Source: Polyangiales bacterium
Lineage (GTDB): Bacteria > Myxococcota_A > Polyangia > Polyangiales > Polyangiaceae
Assembly: GCA_038231275.1 (NCBI GenBank)
Contig: JBBRLQ010000001.1
Location: 703,307-767,306 of the forward strand
Direction: 5' to 3'
DNA: 64,000 nt
Part shown: positions 26,452 through 36,225 of the stretch, one piece after another
How the letters are laid out: each line of letters starts with the position of its first letter
How positions within the stretch are numbered: position 1 is the first letter of the stretch
Notes under the pieces: generated by a model
Told to the model about the DNA's origin: nothing
Seen by the model: only the letters and a program-made list of their open reading frames with translations
Databases searched by the model: none
Made by a program: the position numbers and the translations under genes

Positions 26452-28509
26452 ATGAGCCCGATTCGAACGCTCGCATGTCTTTCGCTTTTCGTCGCCGCGT
26501 GTGGCGACGCGCCGCCGCCCAAAGTACCGAACGCCAAACCCGTCGAGACGAACGCTGCAAAACCGGAGGTCACGCGGGGCGCCACGACGCCCGAGCCGGG
26601 CGCCACCACGATCGCGACGCCGCCCGCGGCCGAGCCCACCGTCCTCTCCGAGGACGACAAGAAGCGCGATCAAGCGCTCGTCGCGAAGCTCGCGCCGTAC
26701 GTCGACGCGTACTCGAACGTCGACGCGCAGCTCTCGAAGGACAAGAAGAAGCTCCTCTTCCGCTCCAATCGCGACGGCCTGTGGAAGCCGTACGTCGGCG
26801 AGACCGGCAAGCCGGGGGCCGAGCCGAAGAAGCTCGTCGAGAGCAATGAGCGCGTGAGCTACGCCGCGTTCACGCCGGACTCCAAGTTCGTGCTCTTCAC
26901 GAGCGACACTGGCGCCGACGAGCAGTTCGCGCTCTTCAAGGTGGCGCCCGACGGCACGGGCCTCACGAACCTCACACCGGGCGAGAAGCTTCGCCGCGAT
27001 CCGCCGGTGTTCCCGCGCACGCGGCCGAACCTCGTCACCTACAGCGCGCGCGCGCTCAAGGAGAGCGGCTCGCGCGTGTACACGCAGGACATCGCCACCA
27101 CCGAGCCGAAGCTAGTCTACAAAGACGACGGTCAGGTCTTCGCGGTGAGCGCGTCGCCCGACGGGCAGCACGTGCTGCTCCTCCGCCAGAAGTCGGCGTC
27201 GGAGACGGCGCTGCTCCGCCTCGACGTCGACAGCGGCAAGACGGCGCGCCTCTACCCGCGCGACGGTGGCAAACCGGTCGCGATCGCGTCCGCCGTGTAC
27301 TCGGCGGACGGCAAGCGCGTGTACGTGTCGACCGACGACGGCGGGGAGGGCTCGAGCGTCGTTCTCATCGAGCCGGGCTCCGGCGTCATCTCGGGGCGCT
27401 ACAAGGAGGAGGTCGCGCCGACCGCCGAGATCGACAACATGGTCGTGTCGCCGAAGGACGACCGCCTCGCGATCGCGGTCAACGCCGGCAACCACAGCGA
27501 GGTGCGCATCCTCGACGCCAAGTCGCTCAAGCTCCAGCGCACCGTGAAGACGCCGGTGGGGTTCATCCAGGTTGGCGAGTACGCCGACGACGGCGCGAGC
27601 TTCACGATTCGCATGGGCACGCCCGACAAGCCGAACGACGTGTACGACGTCGACGCCGCGTCCGGCACGCTGAAGCCCCTTCGCGCGGACGTGAGGCCGG
27701 GCCTGAAGGACGCGATCGCGATCGACGCCTCCATCGACAAGGTCGCCGCGTTCGACGGCCTCTCGATCCCGCTCAACGTGTATCTGCCCAAAAATCGCGG
27801 CAAATCGCAACTCCCCGTCATCGTCGACGTCCACGGCGGCCCGAGCGCGAGCTCCGTCGCGGGGTGGAACCCGATCGCCGCGTTCTTCGCGTCGCAGGGG
27901 TACGCGTGGATTCAGCCGAACATCCGCGGCTCGACCGGCTTCGGGCGCGCGTACGAGATGGCCGACAACAAGGACAAGCGCGGCGACGCGATGAAGGACT
28001 TGGAGTCGGTCAACACGTGGGTGAAGGCCCAGACGTGGTGCGACGACAACCGCGTCTTCATCGAGGGCGGCAGCTACGGCGGCTACATCGTGCTCATGGC
28101 CCTCACGCGGCAGCCCACGCTCTGGCGCGCGGGCATCGACTACGTCGGCGTGTCGAGCCTCACGACGTTGATGCAGAACACCAGCGGCATCATCCGCGCC
28201 GTCCTCACCGACGAGTTCGGCGATCTCGACAAGGAGCGCGAGCTTCTCGACAAGTGGAGCCCGCTGAAGGACATCGAGAAGATCAGCGCGCCGCTCTTCG
28301 TCTACCAGGGGCAGAACGATCCGCGCGTTCCCCGCAGCGAGGCCGACCAGGTCGTCAACGCGCTGCGCACGCGGAAGGTGCCCGTCGAGTACATGGTGGC
28401 GATGAACGAGGGGCACTCGATCGATCGCCGCGAGAACAAGCTCGAGCTTTACACGCGCATCGTGCGATTCATCGGCGACCAGACGAAGACGGCGCCCGCC
28501 CCCAAGTGA
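26452..28509 (+). CDS. S9 family peptidase (prolyl oligopeptidase/acylaminoacyl peptidase), lipoprotein
   Basis: Lipobox FVAAC, beta-propeller, VHGGP, GGSYGG, NDPRVP, EGH. Confidence 0.95.
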   Translation: MSPIRTLACLSLFVAACGDAPPPKVPNAKPVETNAAKPEVTRGATTPEPGATTIATPPAAEPTVLSEDDKKRDQALVAKLAPYVDAYSNVDAQLSKDKKKLLFRSNRDGLWKPYVGETGKPGAEPKKLVESNERVSYAAFTPDSKFVLFTSDTGADEQFALFKVAPDGTGLTNLTPGEKLRRDPPVFPRTRPNLVTYSARALKESGSRVYTQDIATTEPKLVYKDDGQVFAVSASPDGQHVLLLRQKSASETALLRLDVDSGKTARLYPRDGGKPVAIASAVYSADGKRVYVSTDDGGEGSSVVLIEPGSGVISGRYKEEVAPTAEIDNMVVSPKDDRLAIAVNAGNHSEVRILDAKSLKLQRTVKTPVGFIQVGEYADDGASFTIRMGTPDKPNDVYDVDAASGTLKPLRADVRPGLKDAIAIDASIDKVAAFDGLSIPLNVYLPKNRGKSQLPVIVDVHGGPSASSVAGWNPIAAFFASQGYAWIQPNIRGSTGFGRAYEMADNKDKRGDAMKDLESVNTWVKAQTWCDDNRVFIEGGSYGGYIVLMALTRQPTLWRAGIDYVGVSSLTTLMQNTSGIIRAVLTDEFGDLDKERELLDKWSPLKDIEKISAPLFVYQGQNDPRVPRSEADQVVNALRTRKVPVEYMVAMNEGHSIDRRENKLELYTRIVRFIGDQTKTAPAPK

Positions 28510-28519
28510 AGGGCCGCGG

Positions 28520-29413
28520 GTGAGGACTCGCTTCGCGCCATCTCCCACGGGAGATCTTCACGTCGGCGGCGCCTGGACCGCGCTGGCGTCGTGGGAGGTG
28601 GCACGTCGCGCGGGCGGCGCACTCGTCGTGCGCGTGGAGGACATCGATCCTCCGCGCGTCGTGCGGGGCGCGGCAAAGACGATCCTCGAGGATTTGCAGT
28701 GGCTCGGCCTGTCATGGGACGAAGGGCCCGACGTCGGCGGTTCGTGTGCGCCCTACACGCAATCGGCGCGGGCGCCGCTGTACGAGGCGACGCTGGAGTG
28801 GCTGGAGGCGCGGGGCCTCACCTACCCGTGCGACTGCTCCCGCGCCGAGATCGCGCGCGTCGCCAGCGCCCCGCACGCGGGAGAGGAGCTGGTCTATCCA
28901 GGGACCTGCCGCGACGCCGATCCTTCGCGCGAGATGAAGCGCGCGCCGGCGATCCGTCTGCGGGTGCCGCCGGGCGTCGTCGGGTTCGAGGACGGCGTGA
29001 TCGGGCCGTACGCGCACGACGTCCACGAGGTCGTCGGCGATTTCGTGCTCCGGCGCGGCGACGGCGTCTTCGCGTACCAGCTCGCGGTGACCGTCGACGA
29101 CGTCGCGATGCGCATCACCGACGTCGTGCGCGGCGCCGACTTGCTCGCGTCGACGCCGCGTCAGATCTTGCTCGCGCGCCTCCTCGGTGCCGATGCGCCG
29201 CGTTACTGGCACGTGCCGCTCGTGGTGGCGACCGACGGCGCGCGCCTCGCCAAGCGGACGCCGGGCGGGACGATCAAGGAGCTCAGAGAAGCGGGCTTCG
29301 CCCCAGAAGAGATCGTCCGGACCCTGCGCGGAGGCCTCGGCGCAGACGGGCGGTGGCGGACCGATCCGTGGCCGATCCCGGCGGCGTGGTGTCGAACTCC
29401 CAGCCAACGATGA
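28520..29413 (+). CDS. gluQ: Glutamyl-Q tRNA(Asp) synthetase
   Basis: RFAPSPTGDLHVG, YPCDCSR..YPGTC, YQLAVTVDD, VRGADLL, LAKR; no anticodon-binding domain. Confidence 0.92.
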   Translation: MRTRFAPSPTGDLHVGGAWTALASWEVARRAGGALVVRVEDIDPPRVVRGAAKTILEDLQWLGLSWDEGPDVGGSCAPYTQSARAPLYEATLEWLEARGLTYPCDCSRAEIARVASAPHAGEELVYPGTCRDADPSREMKRAPAIRLRVPPGVVGFEDGVIGPYAHDVHEVVGDFVLRRGDGVFAYQLAVTVDDVAMRITDVVRGADLLASTPRQILLARLLGADAPRYWHVPLVVATDGARLAKRTPGGTIKELREAGFAPEEIVRTLRGGLGADGRWRTDPWPIPAAWCRTPSQR

Positions 29414-30176
29414 GCTTCAAGACGATCTTGTTGCTTCCCGACGTGAGCCCCTCGCCGACGCCGACGTTGAGCTCCAGCGCGTCGACGGCGAGCAAGTTCG
29501 CGACCTCGTACAGGTAGTGCTCCTGCGCCGCGACCGGCGAGAAGCTCGAGAACGGGCCGAGGCCGCTGTAGTACTCGACGCCGACGCCGACGACGTCCGC
29601 GAGCTTCGCGATCGCCATCGCCGCCGGCTCGAACGCAGGACCGTGCCGGAAGCCGTCGCCCCCCAGCGGCGTCGACACGTTCGCGTTGAGCGCGAAGAGC
29701 CACGACGCGTTCTCCCACGCGACGATCGGACGCACCTCGGTGCTCCACCTGTCGCCGTCGAAGCGCTCGGGGATGAGCGCGATCTCGACGTTCGCGCCGA
29801 GGCGCAGGTTCGGGTGCCATTTCGGCGGCGTCACGAACTTCGAGCGCAGCTTCGCGCCGGCGTACTCGAAGCCGGCGCCGGGCACGATCGCGTTTTGGAA
29901 ATACGCGCCGAGCTCCCACCACGGCGTGAGGCCCAACGACGGCTCGAGCGTCATGTGCGACTCGTGGTGCTTTGCCACCGTGACGCCCTCGGCCTCCTTG
30001 AGCCCGTTGACCACGGTGTTGAGGTGGAGCTCGAGCCCCGGCTGCATCGGCGCGTTGGCGGTGCCGTCGTAGACCTGAATCTCGAACGGATCGGTCGCGC
30101 GCGCGGGACGCGTCACGACGAGGGTCGCGGTCGCAGCGAACAGGGTCGCAAGAAGCTGCAGCCGGCCGCGTCGCAT
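29283..30176 (-). CDS. Conserved-type hypothetical exported protein (probable outer-membrane barrel)
   Basis: Signal peptide, DPFEIQVYD, amphipathic strands ending LIVGWEF plus an extension overlapping gluQ. Confidence 0.8.
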   Translation of the reverse strand: MRRGRLQLLATLFAATATLVVTRPARATDPFEIQVYDGTANAPMQPGLELHLNTVVNGLKEAEGVTVAKHHESHMTLEPSLGLTPWWELGAYFQNAIVPGAGFEYAGAKLRSKFVTPPKWHPNLRLGANVEIALIPERFDGDRWSTEVRPIVAWENASWLFALNANVSTPLGGDGFRHGPAFEPAAMAIAKLADVVGVGVEYYSGLGPFSSFSPVAAQEHYLYEVANLLAVDALELNVGVGEGLTSGSNKIVLKLIVGWEFDTTPPGSATDRSATARLRRGLRAGSGRSLLGRSPLL

Positions 30177-30180
30177 GGCG

Positions 30181-31347
30181 TCAGTTGCCGAGGCCGAGCA
30201 GCGAGAGCACGACGCCGAGCCCGATGCTCACGACGGCGACCGCCGCGATGAGGAGCCACATCCGCGCGCCCGACGGAGCTGCGGGCGGGATCGTTGCCAT
30301 TTGGCTCTGCTTCGGCGGCGGGCTCGACCCTGGATGGGCCGGCGGCGCGGGCGTCGGGAACGGAGCGGGGATCGTCGCGGCGTGCGCGTCTTCGTTCTCG
30401 GTGTTTCCGGCGGGCGAGAAGGTCGCCGGCCGGACGGCGTCGGCGTCGTCGGGCGCCGCGCGCGCGTGCACGAGCGCGGCGGAGAGCGCGGCGGCGCTCG
30501 CGTAGCGATCCCCCGGATCCTTGGCGATGGCGTGCAGCACGACGGCCTCGAGCGCGGGCGTGATGCCCCGCTCGTTCGCGCGCGCGCGCGGGGGCTCCGG
30601 TACCGACGTGAGGTGCGCCGTGAGCACGTTCAGCGGCGACGGCCCCGCGAAAGGAACCTCGCCCGTCAGGAGCTCGTAAAGGATGACCCCGGCGGCGTAC
30701 ACGTCGCACCGCGCGTCGAGCTCGTCGCCGCGCGCCTGCTCGGGCGACATGTACTCCGGCGTTCCGAACACCATGTTGTGCGTCGTCAGCGCGGTCGTGC
30801 CGCTGCCGCCGCCGGTGACGATCTTCGCCATCCCGAAGTCGACGACGATCGCGTGCGTCTCACCGCGCATGATCACGTTGGCGGGCTTCAAATCCCGGTG
30901 GATCACGCCCTGGATGTGCGCCGACTTCAGGCCCGTCAGGATCTGGTGCATCACGTCGAGCGCGCGCTCGAGCGGGAGCGGCCCGTCGCGCTTCAGGAGG
31001 ACGTCGAGCGCCGGCCCGTCGATCTTGGGGAGCGCCATGTAGAGGAGGCCCATCCCCGGATGGCGCGGATCGGGCAGCTCGCCGAACTCCAGGATCGCCG
31101 ACAGGTGCGGCCCCTCGAGGCGACGCAAAATCGCCGCCTCGCGCGTGAAGCGCCCGCGGATCTGAGTGTCGGTCAAGAGGTGGTTGTGGATGACTTTGAG
31201 CGCCACCGGCTCGCGCTCCGGGAGCGTGCGCGCGTCGTAGACCACGCCGGTCCCGCCCTCGCCGAGGACGCCCGCGATCTCGAACTTGTCGCCGATGACG
31301 CGGCCCGCGCTGATCGGCGGCGTCGATGGGATCGGGTGGCGCGTCAT
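30181..31347 (-). CDS. Ser/Thr protein kinase with C-terminal TM
   Basis: LGEGGTG, VALK, HRDLKPAN, DFG, GTPEYMSPEQ. Confidence 0.95.
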   Translation of the reverse strand: MTRHPIPSTPPISAGRVIGDKFEIAGVLGEGGTGVVYDARTLPEREPVALKVIHNHLLTDTQIRGRFTREAAILRRLEGPHLSAILEFGELPDPRHPGMGLLYMALPKIDGPALDVLLKRDGPLPLERALDVMHQILTGLKSAHIQGVIHRDLKPANVIMRGETHAIVVDFGMAKIVTGGGSGTTALTTHNMVFGTPEYMSPEQARGDELDARCDVYAAGVILYELLTGEVPFAGPSPLNVLTAHLTSVPEPPRARANERGITPALEAVVLHAIAKDPGDRYASAAALSAALVHARAAPDDADAVRPATFSPAGNTENEDAHAATIPAPFPTPAPPAHPGSSPPPKQSQMATIPPAAPSGARMWLLIAAVAVVSIGLGVVLSLLGLGN

Positions 31348-31365
31348 CCGCCCGTCAGCGTACCG

Positions 31366-32289
31366 TCACTTCGCACCGCACGCCGCGCGGATCTTCGGCG
31401 AGACCGTTCGCGCGTCGAGTTTCACGTCGGCGGTGTTCGCCCGCCACGCCGCGCACGCGCCGGCTGCCGCGCCGGGAGCATCGAGTGCGACGTAGGCCTC
31501 GACGAGCGCGCGATGCACGAGCGCGAGCTGCGGGCGCGTCAGCTCGCCGGCGCCGAGGAGGCGGCTCCCGAGCGTGACGGCGTCCACGTACCTCCCCGCG
31601 GCGACGTGCCCTAGGAGCAGGGGAATCTCCGCGTCGGCGTGCCGCTGCGCTTCGTGTGCCGCGCCCGCGCCCTCCGTCACCGCGCGATCGCGTGCGCGCC
31701 GTGCCTCCTGCTTGCCGAGCTCCGTCAGAGTGAGATCGACCAGCGGCACCAGGATGACCTCGCCGCGCCGCAGCGTCCCCGGCTTGCGCGCGTTGTACTG
31801 ATCGAGCTCCCACGAGCGGTTCGCGTCCGAGTAATAGCGGCGCGCGAGCGACGTCGTCGACTCGCCGTCGTTCGCGATGTGCGCGATGACGGCCGGCAGC
31901 ACCACCTCTTGTCCGGGCACCGGCGGCACCCACGACACCGCGCCGTTCGCGCGCGCGAGGACGTCCTGACGCTTCGTGTCGCCGAGCCACGATAGCGAGA
32001 GCGCCGCCCACGTCTCCTTCTCTTCGACGCGATGGTGGCCGGGCGCGGGGATCTCGATGCGCATCCCCGGCACGATTGGGCTGCCTCCCTGCACGTCCAG
32101 CGCGTTTGCGCCGACGAGCACCGTCTCGAGACGCGCGTCGCCGTACGTCACGTGCGCGATCTGCGCGAGCGTCTCTCCAGGAAGGACGATGTGCGTGTAC
32201 GCGCGCGCGTACGGCGCGACACCGACGACGCCGAGGAGCGTCGACAGCGCGAGAGTCATGGTGCGCGCGCGGCTCACGAGGGGCGTCAC
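31366..32289 (-). CDS. Exported LysM-domain protein with TPR-like C-terminus
   Basis: HIVLPGETLAQIA and two more LysM-like units; GTG start coupled to the upstream stop. Confidence 0.85.
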   Translation of the reverse strand: MTPLVSRARTMTLALSTLLGVVGVAPYARAYTHIVLPGETLAQIAHVTYGDARLETVLVGANALDVQGGSPIVPGMRIEIPAPGHHRVEEKETWAALSLSWLGDTKRQDVLARANGAVSWVPPVPGQEVVLPAVIAHIANDGESTTSLARRYYSDANRSWELDQYNARKPGTLRRGEVILVPLVDLTLTELGKQEARRARDRAVTEGAGAAHEAQRHADAEIPLLLGHVAAGRYVDAVTLGSRLLGAGELTRPQLALVHRALVEAYVALDAPGAAAGACAAWRANTADVKLDARTVSPKIRAACGAK

Positions 32290-33638
32290 GAGCCGCCTCC
32301 GTCGAGGCGCATCGTCACGTCGAGAAGGATCGTCTCGCCGGCCACGATCGCAACCTCGCGCTGCTCCTTGGGCGCCTCGGGGTGCGTGAGGGTGACCCAG
32401 TGCTTGCCGGCGGCGAGCGGGATCGCGCGTGCGAAGGGCGTCGTGTCGACGTGCTGTCCGTCGACGCGGACCTCCGCCCACGGGCTCGCGACGACGCGGA
32501 GACTGCCGCCCTTCTCGGGCGCGAGCGGCAACGGCGCAGCCCCAACCTGCGCGCTCGCTCCGCGCGACGGCGACGACAGCTGCACCGCGGCGCCCCCGAT
32601 CGCGAACGCCGCGCCGATCGCCGCGAGCACCGCCACGCTGCTGCGAAGGTTGTCGCGCGCCGAGAGCGCCAGGAGTGGAGCCGGCGCGGCGCCGCGCTTC
32701 GCAGGGACCAGGCCCGCGTCCCCGAGCGCGCGTGCCACGACGGCCGGCAAGCTCTCGCGCGTGCGCCCGTGGACGATCTCCGACAGCGTGTCGGCCACCT
32801 CCTCGGCCGACGCGGCGCGATCGTCGGGGAGCTTCTCCAGCAGGCGCATCGTGATCTTCTCGAGCGCGCGCGGTACGTCTGGAGCCCGCGCGCGCATCGG
32901 CGGCGGCGGATCGCGCCGGGTGCGCTGCGACGTCGCGCGCTTGTCTTTCGTCGCCGGTCCGTCGAAGGGGCGCACGCCGGTGAGGAGCTGGTAGAGGACC
33001 ACGCCGAGCGAGAAGAGATCGCTCCGCGCGTCCACGTCCTCGCCGAGGATCTGCTCGGGCGACATGTACGCCGGAGTCCCGAACGCCGCGTTCTCGCTGG
33101 ACGGCGGCCCGTCGCTCGGGAGCGGCGCGAGCGGGATGTCGGCGCTCGGGAGCCGCTCGCGCTGCGCGATGCCGAAGTCGCAGAGCTTGATCTCGCCGCG
33201 ACGCGACACGAGGAGGTTCGCGGGCTTCAAATCGCGGTGCACGACGCCGCGCTCGTGCACGTGCCCGAGCCCCCGCGCCGTCTGCGCGCCGATCGCCGCG
33301 ACCGCCTCGTACGGTAGCCTCAGCTTGCGCGCCTCTTGCTTCTTCAAGAGATCGCCGAGGCTGAAGCCGTCGACGTGCTCGAGCACGAGATACATCTCGC
33401 GCTCGTTCTTCACGAAGTCGAACAAGAGGACGACGTTCGGGTGCCCGAGCTCGGCGAGCACGCGCGCCTCCCGTTCGAGCTGGGCCGCGAACGGCGAGCT
33501 GGGCCCGACCGTGGATTTCAGCGCCTTGATCGCGACGACGCGGCCCAGCGGCTCCTGCACGGCCTTGTACACCGTCGCCAGCGCGCCCGAGCCGAGCTGT
33601 TCCTGCGCGCGGTAGGCGCCGAACGTCGGCAGGCTCAC
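32286..33638 (-). CDS. Ser/Thr protein kinase with TM and PEGA-like C-terminal domain
   Basis: LGSGALA, VAIK, HRDLKPAN, DFG, GTPAYMSPEQ, PWAEVRVDG..TTP. Confidence 0.93.
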   Translation of the reverse strand: MSLPTFGAYRAQEQLGSGALATVYKAVQEPLGRVVAIKALKSTVGPSSPFAAQLEREARVLAELGHPNVVLLFDFVKNEREMYLVLEHVDGFSLGDLLKKQEARKLRLPYEAVAAIGAQTARGLGHVHERGVVHRDLKPANLLVSRRGEIKLCDFGIAQRERLPSADIPLAPLPSDGPPSSENAAFGTPAYMSPEQILGEDVDARSDLFSLGVVLYQLLTGVRPFDGPATKDKRATSQRTRRDPPPPMRARAPDVPRALEKITMRLLEKLPDDRAASAEEVADTLSEIVHGRTRESLPAVVARALGDAGLVPAKRGAAPAPLLALSARDNLRSSVAVLAAIGAAFAIGGAAVQLSSPSRGASAQVGAAPLPLAPEKGGSLRVVASPWAEVRVDGQHVDTTPFARAIPLAAGKHWVTLTHPEAPKEQREVAIVAGETILLDVTMRLDGGGS

Positions 33639-35179
33639 GGCGACGGCGGCGCGAAGAGCGAGAGTCCGGTCATCACCTGTGGCCTCGCGATGCCGAGCAG
33701 CTCCAGCATCGTCGGCGCGACGTCGCAAATGCGCCCGTGGCCTCGCAGCGCGCGCCCGCGATCCGCCTCGTTGACGTACACGAGGGGGACGGGATTGGTC
33801 GTGTGCGCGGTGTGCGGCGCGCCGGTGGCTGGGTCCTTCATCAGCTCGCAATTCCCGTGGTCGGCGGTGATGAAGACGCAGCCGCCTCGCTTGGTGGCGG
33901 CGTCGACGATCCGCCCGATGCCCTCGTCCACCGCTTCCACGGCGTGGATCGCCGCGTCGAGGACGCCCGTGTGGCCGACCATGTCGGGGTTGGCGAAGTT
34001 GACGAGCACGAAGTCGAAGGTGCCGCCCTCGATCGCGCGAACCGTCTCGTCGGCGACGCCGCGCGCGCTCATTTCGGGCTTCTGGTCGTAGGTCGCGACC
34101 TCCTTGGGGCTCGGCACCATCTTGCGCTCTTCGCCGGTGAACGCCTCCTCGCGCCCGCCGTTGAAGAAATACGTGACGTGCGCGTACTTCTCCGTCTCCG
34201 CGCAACGGAACTGCGTAAGCCCATGCTTCGCGAGGACCTCGGGGAAAATGTCGCCGAAGCGCTCTTTGGGGAACGCGATGGGGAGGCGGAGCTTCGTGTC
34301 GTAGAGCGTCATGCACGCGTAGTGCGTGAACGGAGGGCCGCCGGCGCGCGCGAAGTCGGTGAACTCCGCGGCGGTGAGGGCGCGTGAGAGCTCGCGCGCG
34401 CGGTCGGGGCGGAAATTGAAATGGAGCGCCGCGTCCTTCTTCGGATCGACGCCAGCGTACCCTTCGATGACGAACGGCTCGACGAACTCGTCGGTCTTCT
34501 TCGCGGCGTAGCTCGCCTCGATGCCCGCGAGCGCCGTCTTCGCGGGCGCCTCGTGCGGCGCGTCGGCGTGCACGATCGCTTTGAATGCCTTCTCGACGCG
34601 ATCCCATCGGTTGTCGCGGTCCATCGCCCAGTAGCGACCGCTCACCGTTCCGATCGTGCCTTTGCCCGCGAGCTTCTCCTCTAGTGCGTGCACGTAGCCG
34701 ACGGCGGTGCCTGGCTGCACGTCGCGCCCGTCGAGGAACGCGTGCACGACCACGGCCACGCCGGCCGCGTGCGCGGCGTCGACGAGCGCGTAGAGGTGCG
34801 TGTTCATGCTGTGCACACCGCCGTCCGAGAGGAGACCGAGGAGGTGCAGTCGCCCGCCGCTCTTCTTCGCGTGCGAGACGACGTCGCCGATGACGGCGTT
34901 GGTGCCGAGGGAGCCGTCGTGCATGGCGTTGTCGATGCGCGAGATGTCCATCATCGCGATCCGCCCCGCGCCGAAATTCAGATGACCGACCTCGCTGTTG
35001 CCCATCTGCCCGGGCGGCAGCCCGACGTCGGGCCCGCTCGTCCCGATGAGCGTGTGCGGGTAGCGCGCGACGATCTCCGTGTAGCGCGGCATCTTCGCGA
35101 GGCGGATCGCGTTGTCCTCTCGCTCGGCGCGCTCGCCGAAACCGTCGAGAATCATGAGCACGATGGGCTTGGGACGCAT
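33635..35179 (-). CDS. gpmI: 2,3-bisphosphoglycerate-independent phosphoglycerate mutase
   Basis: LMILDGFG, GQMGNSEVGH, SDGGVHS, AMDRD, AETEKYAH, NPDMVGHTG, TADHGN. Confidence 0.97.
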   Translation of the reverse strand: MRPKPIVLMILDGFGERAEREDNAIRLAKMPRYTEIVARYPHTLIGTSGPDVGLPPGQMGNSEVGHLNFGAGRIAMMDISRIDNAMHDGSLGTNAVIGDVVSHAKKSGGRLHLLGLLSDGGVHSMNTHLYALVDAAHAAGVAVVVHAFLDGRDVQPGTAVGYVHALEEKLAGKGTIGTVSGRYWAMDRDNRWDRVEKAFKAIVHADAPHEAPAKTALAGIEASYAAKKTDEFVEPFVIEGYAGVDPKKDAALHFNFRPDRARELSRALTAAEFTDFARAGGPPFTHYACMTLYDTKLRLPIAFPKERFGDIFPEVLAKHGLTQFRCAETEKYAHVTYFFNGGREEAFTGEERKMVPSPKEVATYDQKPEMSARGVADETVRAIEGGTFDFVLVNFANPDMVGHTGVLDAAIHAVEAVDEGIGRIVDAATKRGGCVFITADHGNCELMKDPATGAPHTAHTTNPVPLVYVNEADRGRALRGHGRICDVAPTMLELLGIARPQVMTGLSLFAPPSP

Positions 35180-35255
35180 GGCAGCGGAACGATAGCGCAA
35201 AAAACACGCTTCCGCGGCGGCGTCGCGAGGAGCGATCACCGTGAAGGTTTGCGTT

Positions 35256-36209
35256 TCAGAAGACGCCGCCGAGCGTCGCGCCTCGCGGGCCGAGCGACGC
35301 GTGCAGCGTGGCGTGCGGCGCCGTTAGATACAGGATCGCGCCCGTCAGCACCATCGCCGCGCCGGCGCCGAAGCCGATCGTCGAGACGAGCCCGTACTTC
35401 TGCGCGTCGTCGTGCGCCTGAGCACCCGTCGCGTCGCACGCGCTGCCCGCGCAGTGCGTGGACTGGTCGTCGCGCTTCTGGAGCGTCAGCACGCCGAACA
35501 CCACACCGGCGGCGATCCCTGCGATGCCGACGCCGCCGACGACGAGGCCCACCGTTCGCTGCGTCGCGCCCGCCGCGGGAGCGTCCGTGACCGGCGCCCG
35601 CGCCTTTTGTGACGGGAGCTCGGAGAGCGGCGCGTCCTGGAGCGTCGGGATCGGAATGAGCTGCGCGCTCGGCTCGCGCGGCACCACGACCTTGACCGTC
35701 CGCCGCTGCTTTCCCGGCGCGGACACGGCGATCGCGTGCTCTCCCGGATCGAGGTAGAGCGGCAAATACCAGCGCGGCTCGGGCAGCGGCTCGCCGTCGA
35801 TCTCGACGCTCGAGAGCTCGCGCGCAGGCGGAAGCTGGAGGAGCATCCGCGAGAGCTGGCCTTCGAGCGTCAGCGCGTGGCCGTTGGCGAACTCGCGGCG
35901 ATCCTTCTGCCCGTTCTGCGTCGCCCACGCGGCGCCGGTGTTGTACTCGAGCCACGCCGTCGCGATCTTGCCCTGCTTCTCGTGGCAGAGCGCGAGGTTC
36001 AAGAGCGTCCCGAGCTTCGGATCGAGGCGCAGGCTCTCGGTGAACGCCGCGCACCCTGCGGCGACCTGACCGGTGTCGAACTTCTGCATCCCGTCGCGGA
36101 AGAGCGCCTCGGCGCGCACCTCGTCGGCCGTGGCGGCGCCGGCGAGACGCGAGCACGTGAGCGCGGCGGCGAGGGCCACGCAGCCGAGGGCGGAGCGAGC
36201 TCGGGTCAC
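35256..36209 (-). CDS. Exported TPR + PEGA-like domain protein
   Basis: AEALFRDG, GTLLNLALCHE, LDPGEHAI, C-terminal Gly-rich helices. Confidence 0.85.
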   Translation of the reverse strand: MTRARSALGCVALAAALTCSRLAGAATADEVRAEALFRDGMQKFDTGQVAAGCAAFTESLRLDPKLGTLLNLALCHEKQGKIATAWLEYNTGAAWATQNGQKDRREFANGHALTLEGQLSRMLLQLPPARELSSVEIDGEPLPEPRWYLPLYLDPGEHAIAVSAPGKQRRTVKVVVPREPSAQLIPIPTLQDAPLSELPSQKARAPVTDAPAAGATQRTVGLVVGGVGIAGIAAGVVFGVLTLQKRDDQSTHCAGSACDATGAQAHDDAQKYGLVSTIGFGAGAAMVLTGAILYLTAPHATLHASLGPRGATLGGVF

Positions 36210-36225
36210 TACTCTCGAATGTACC

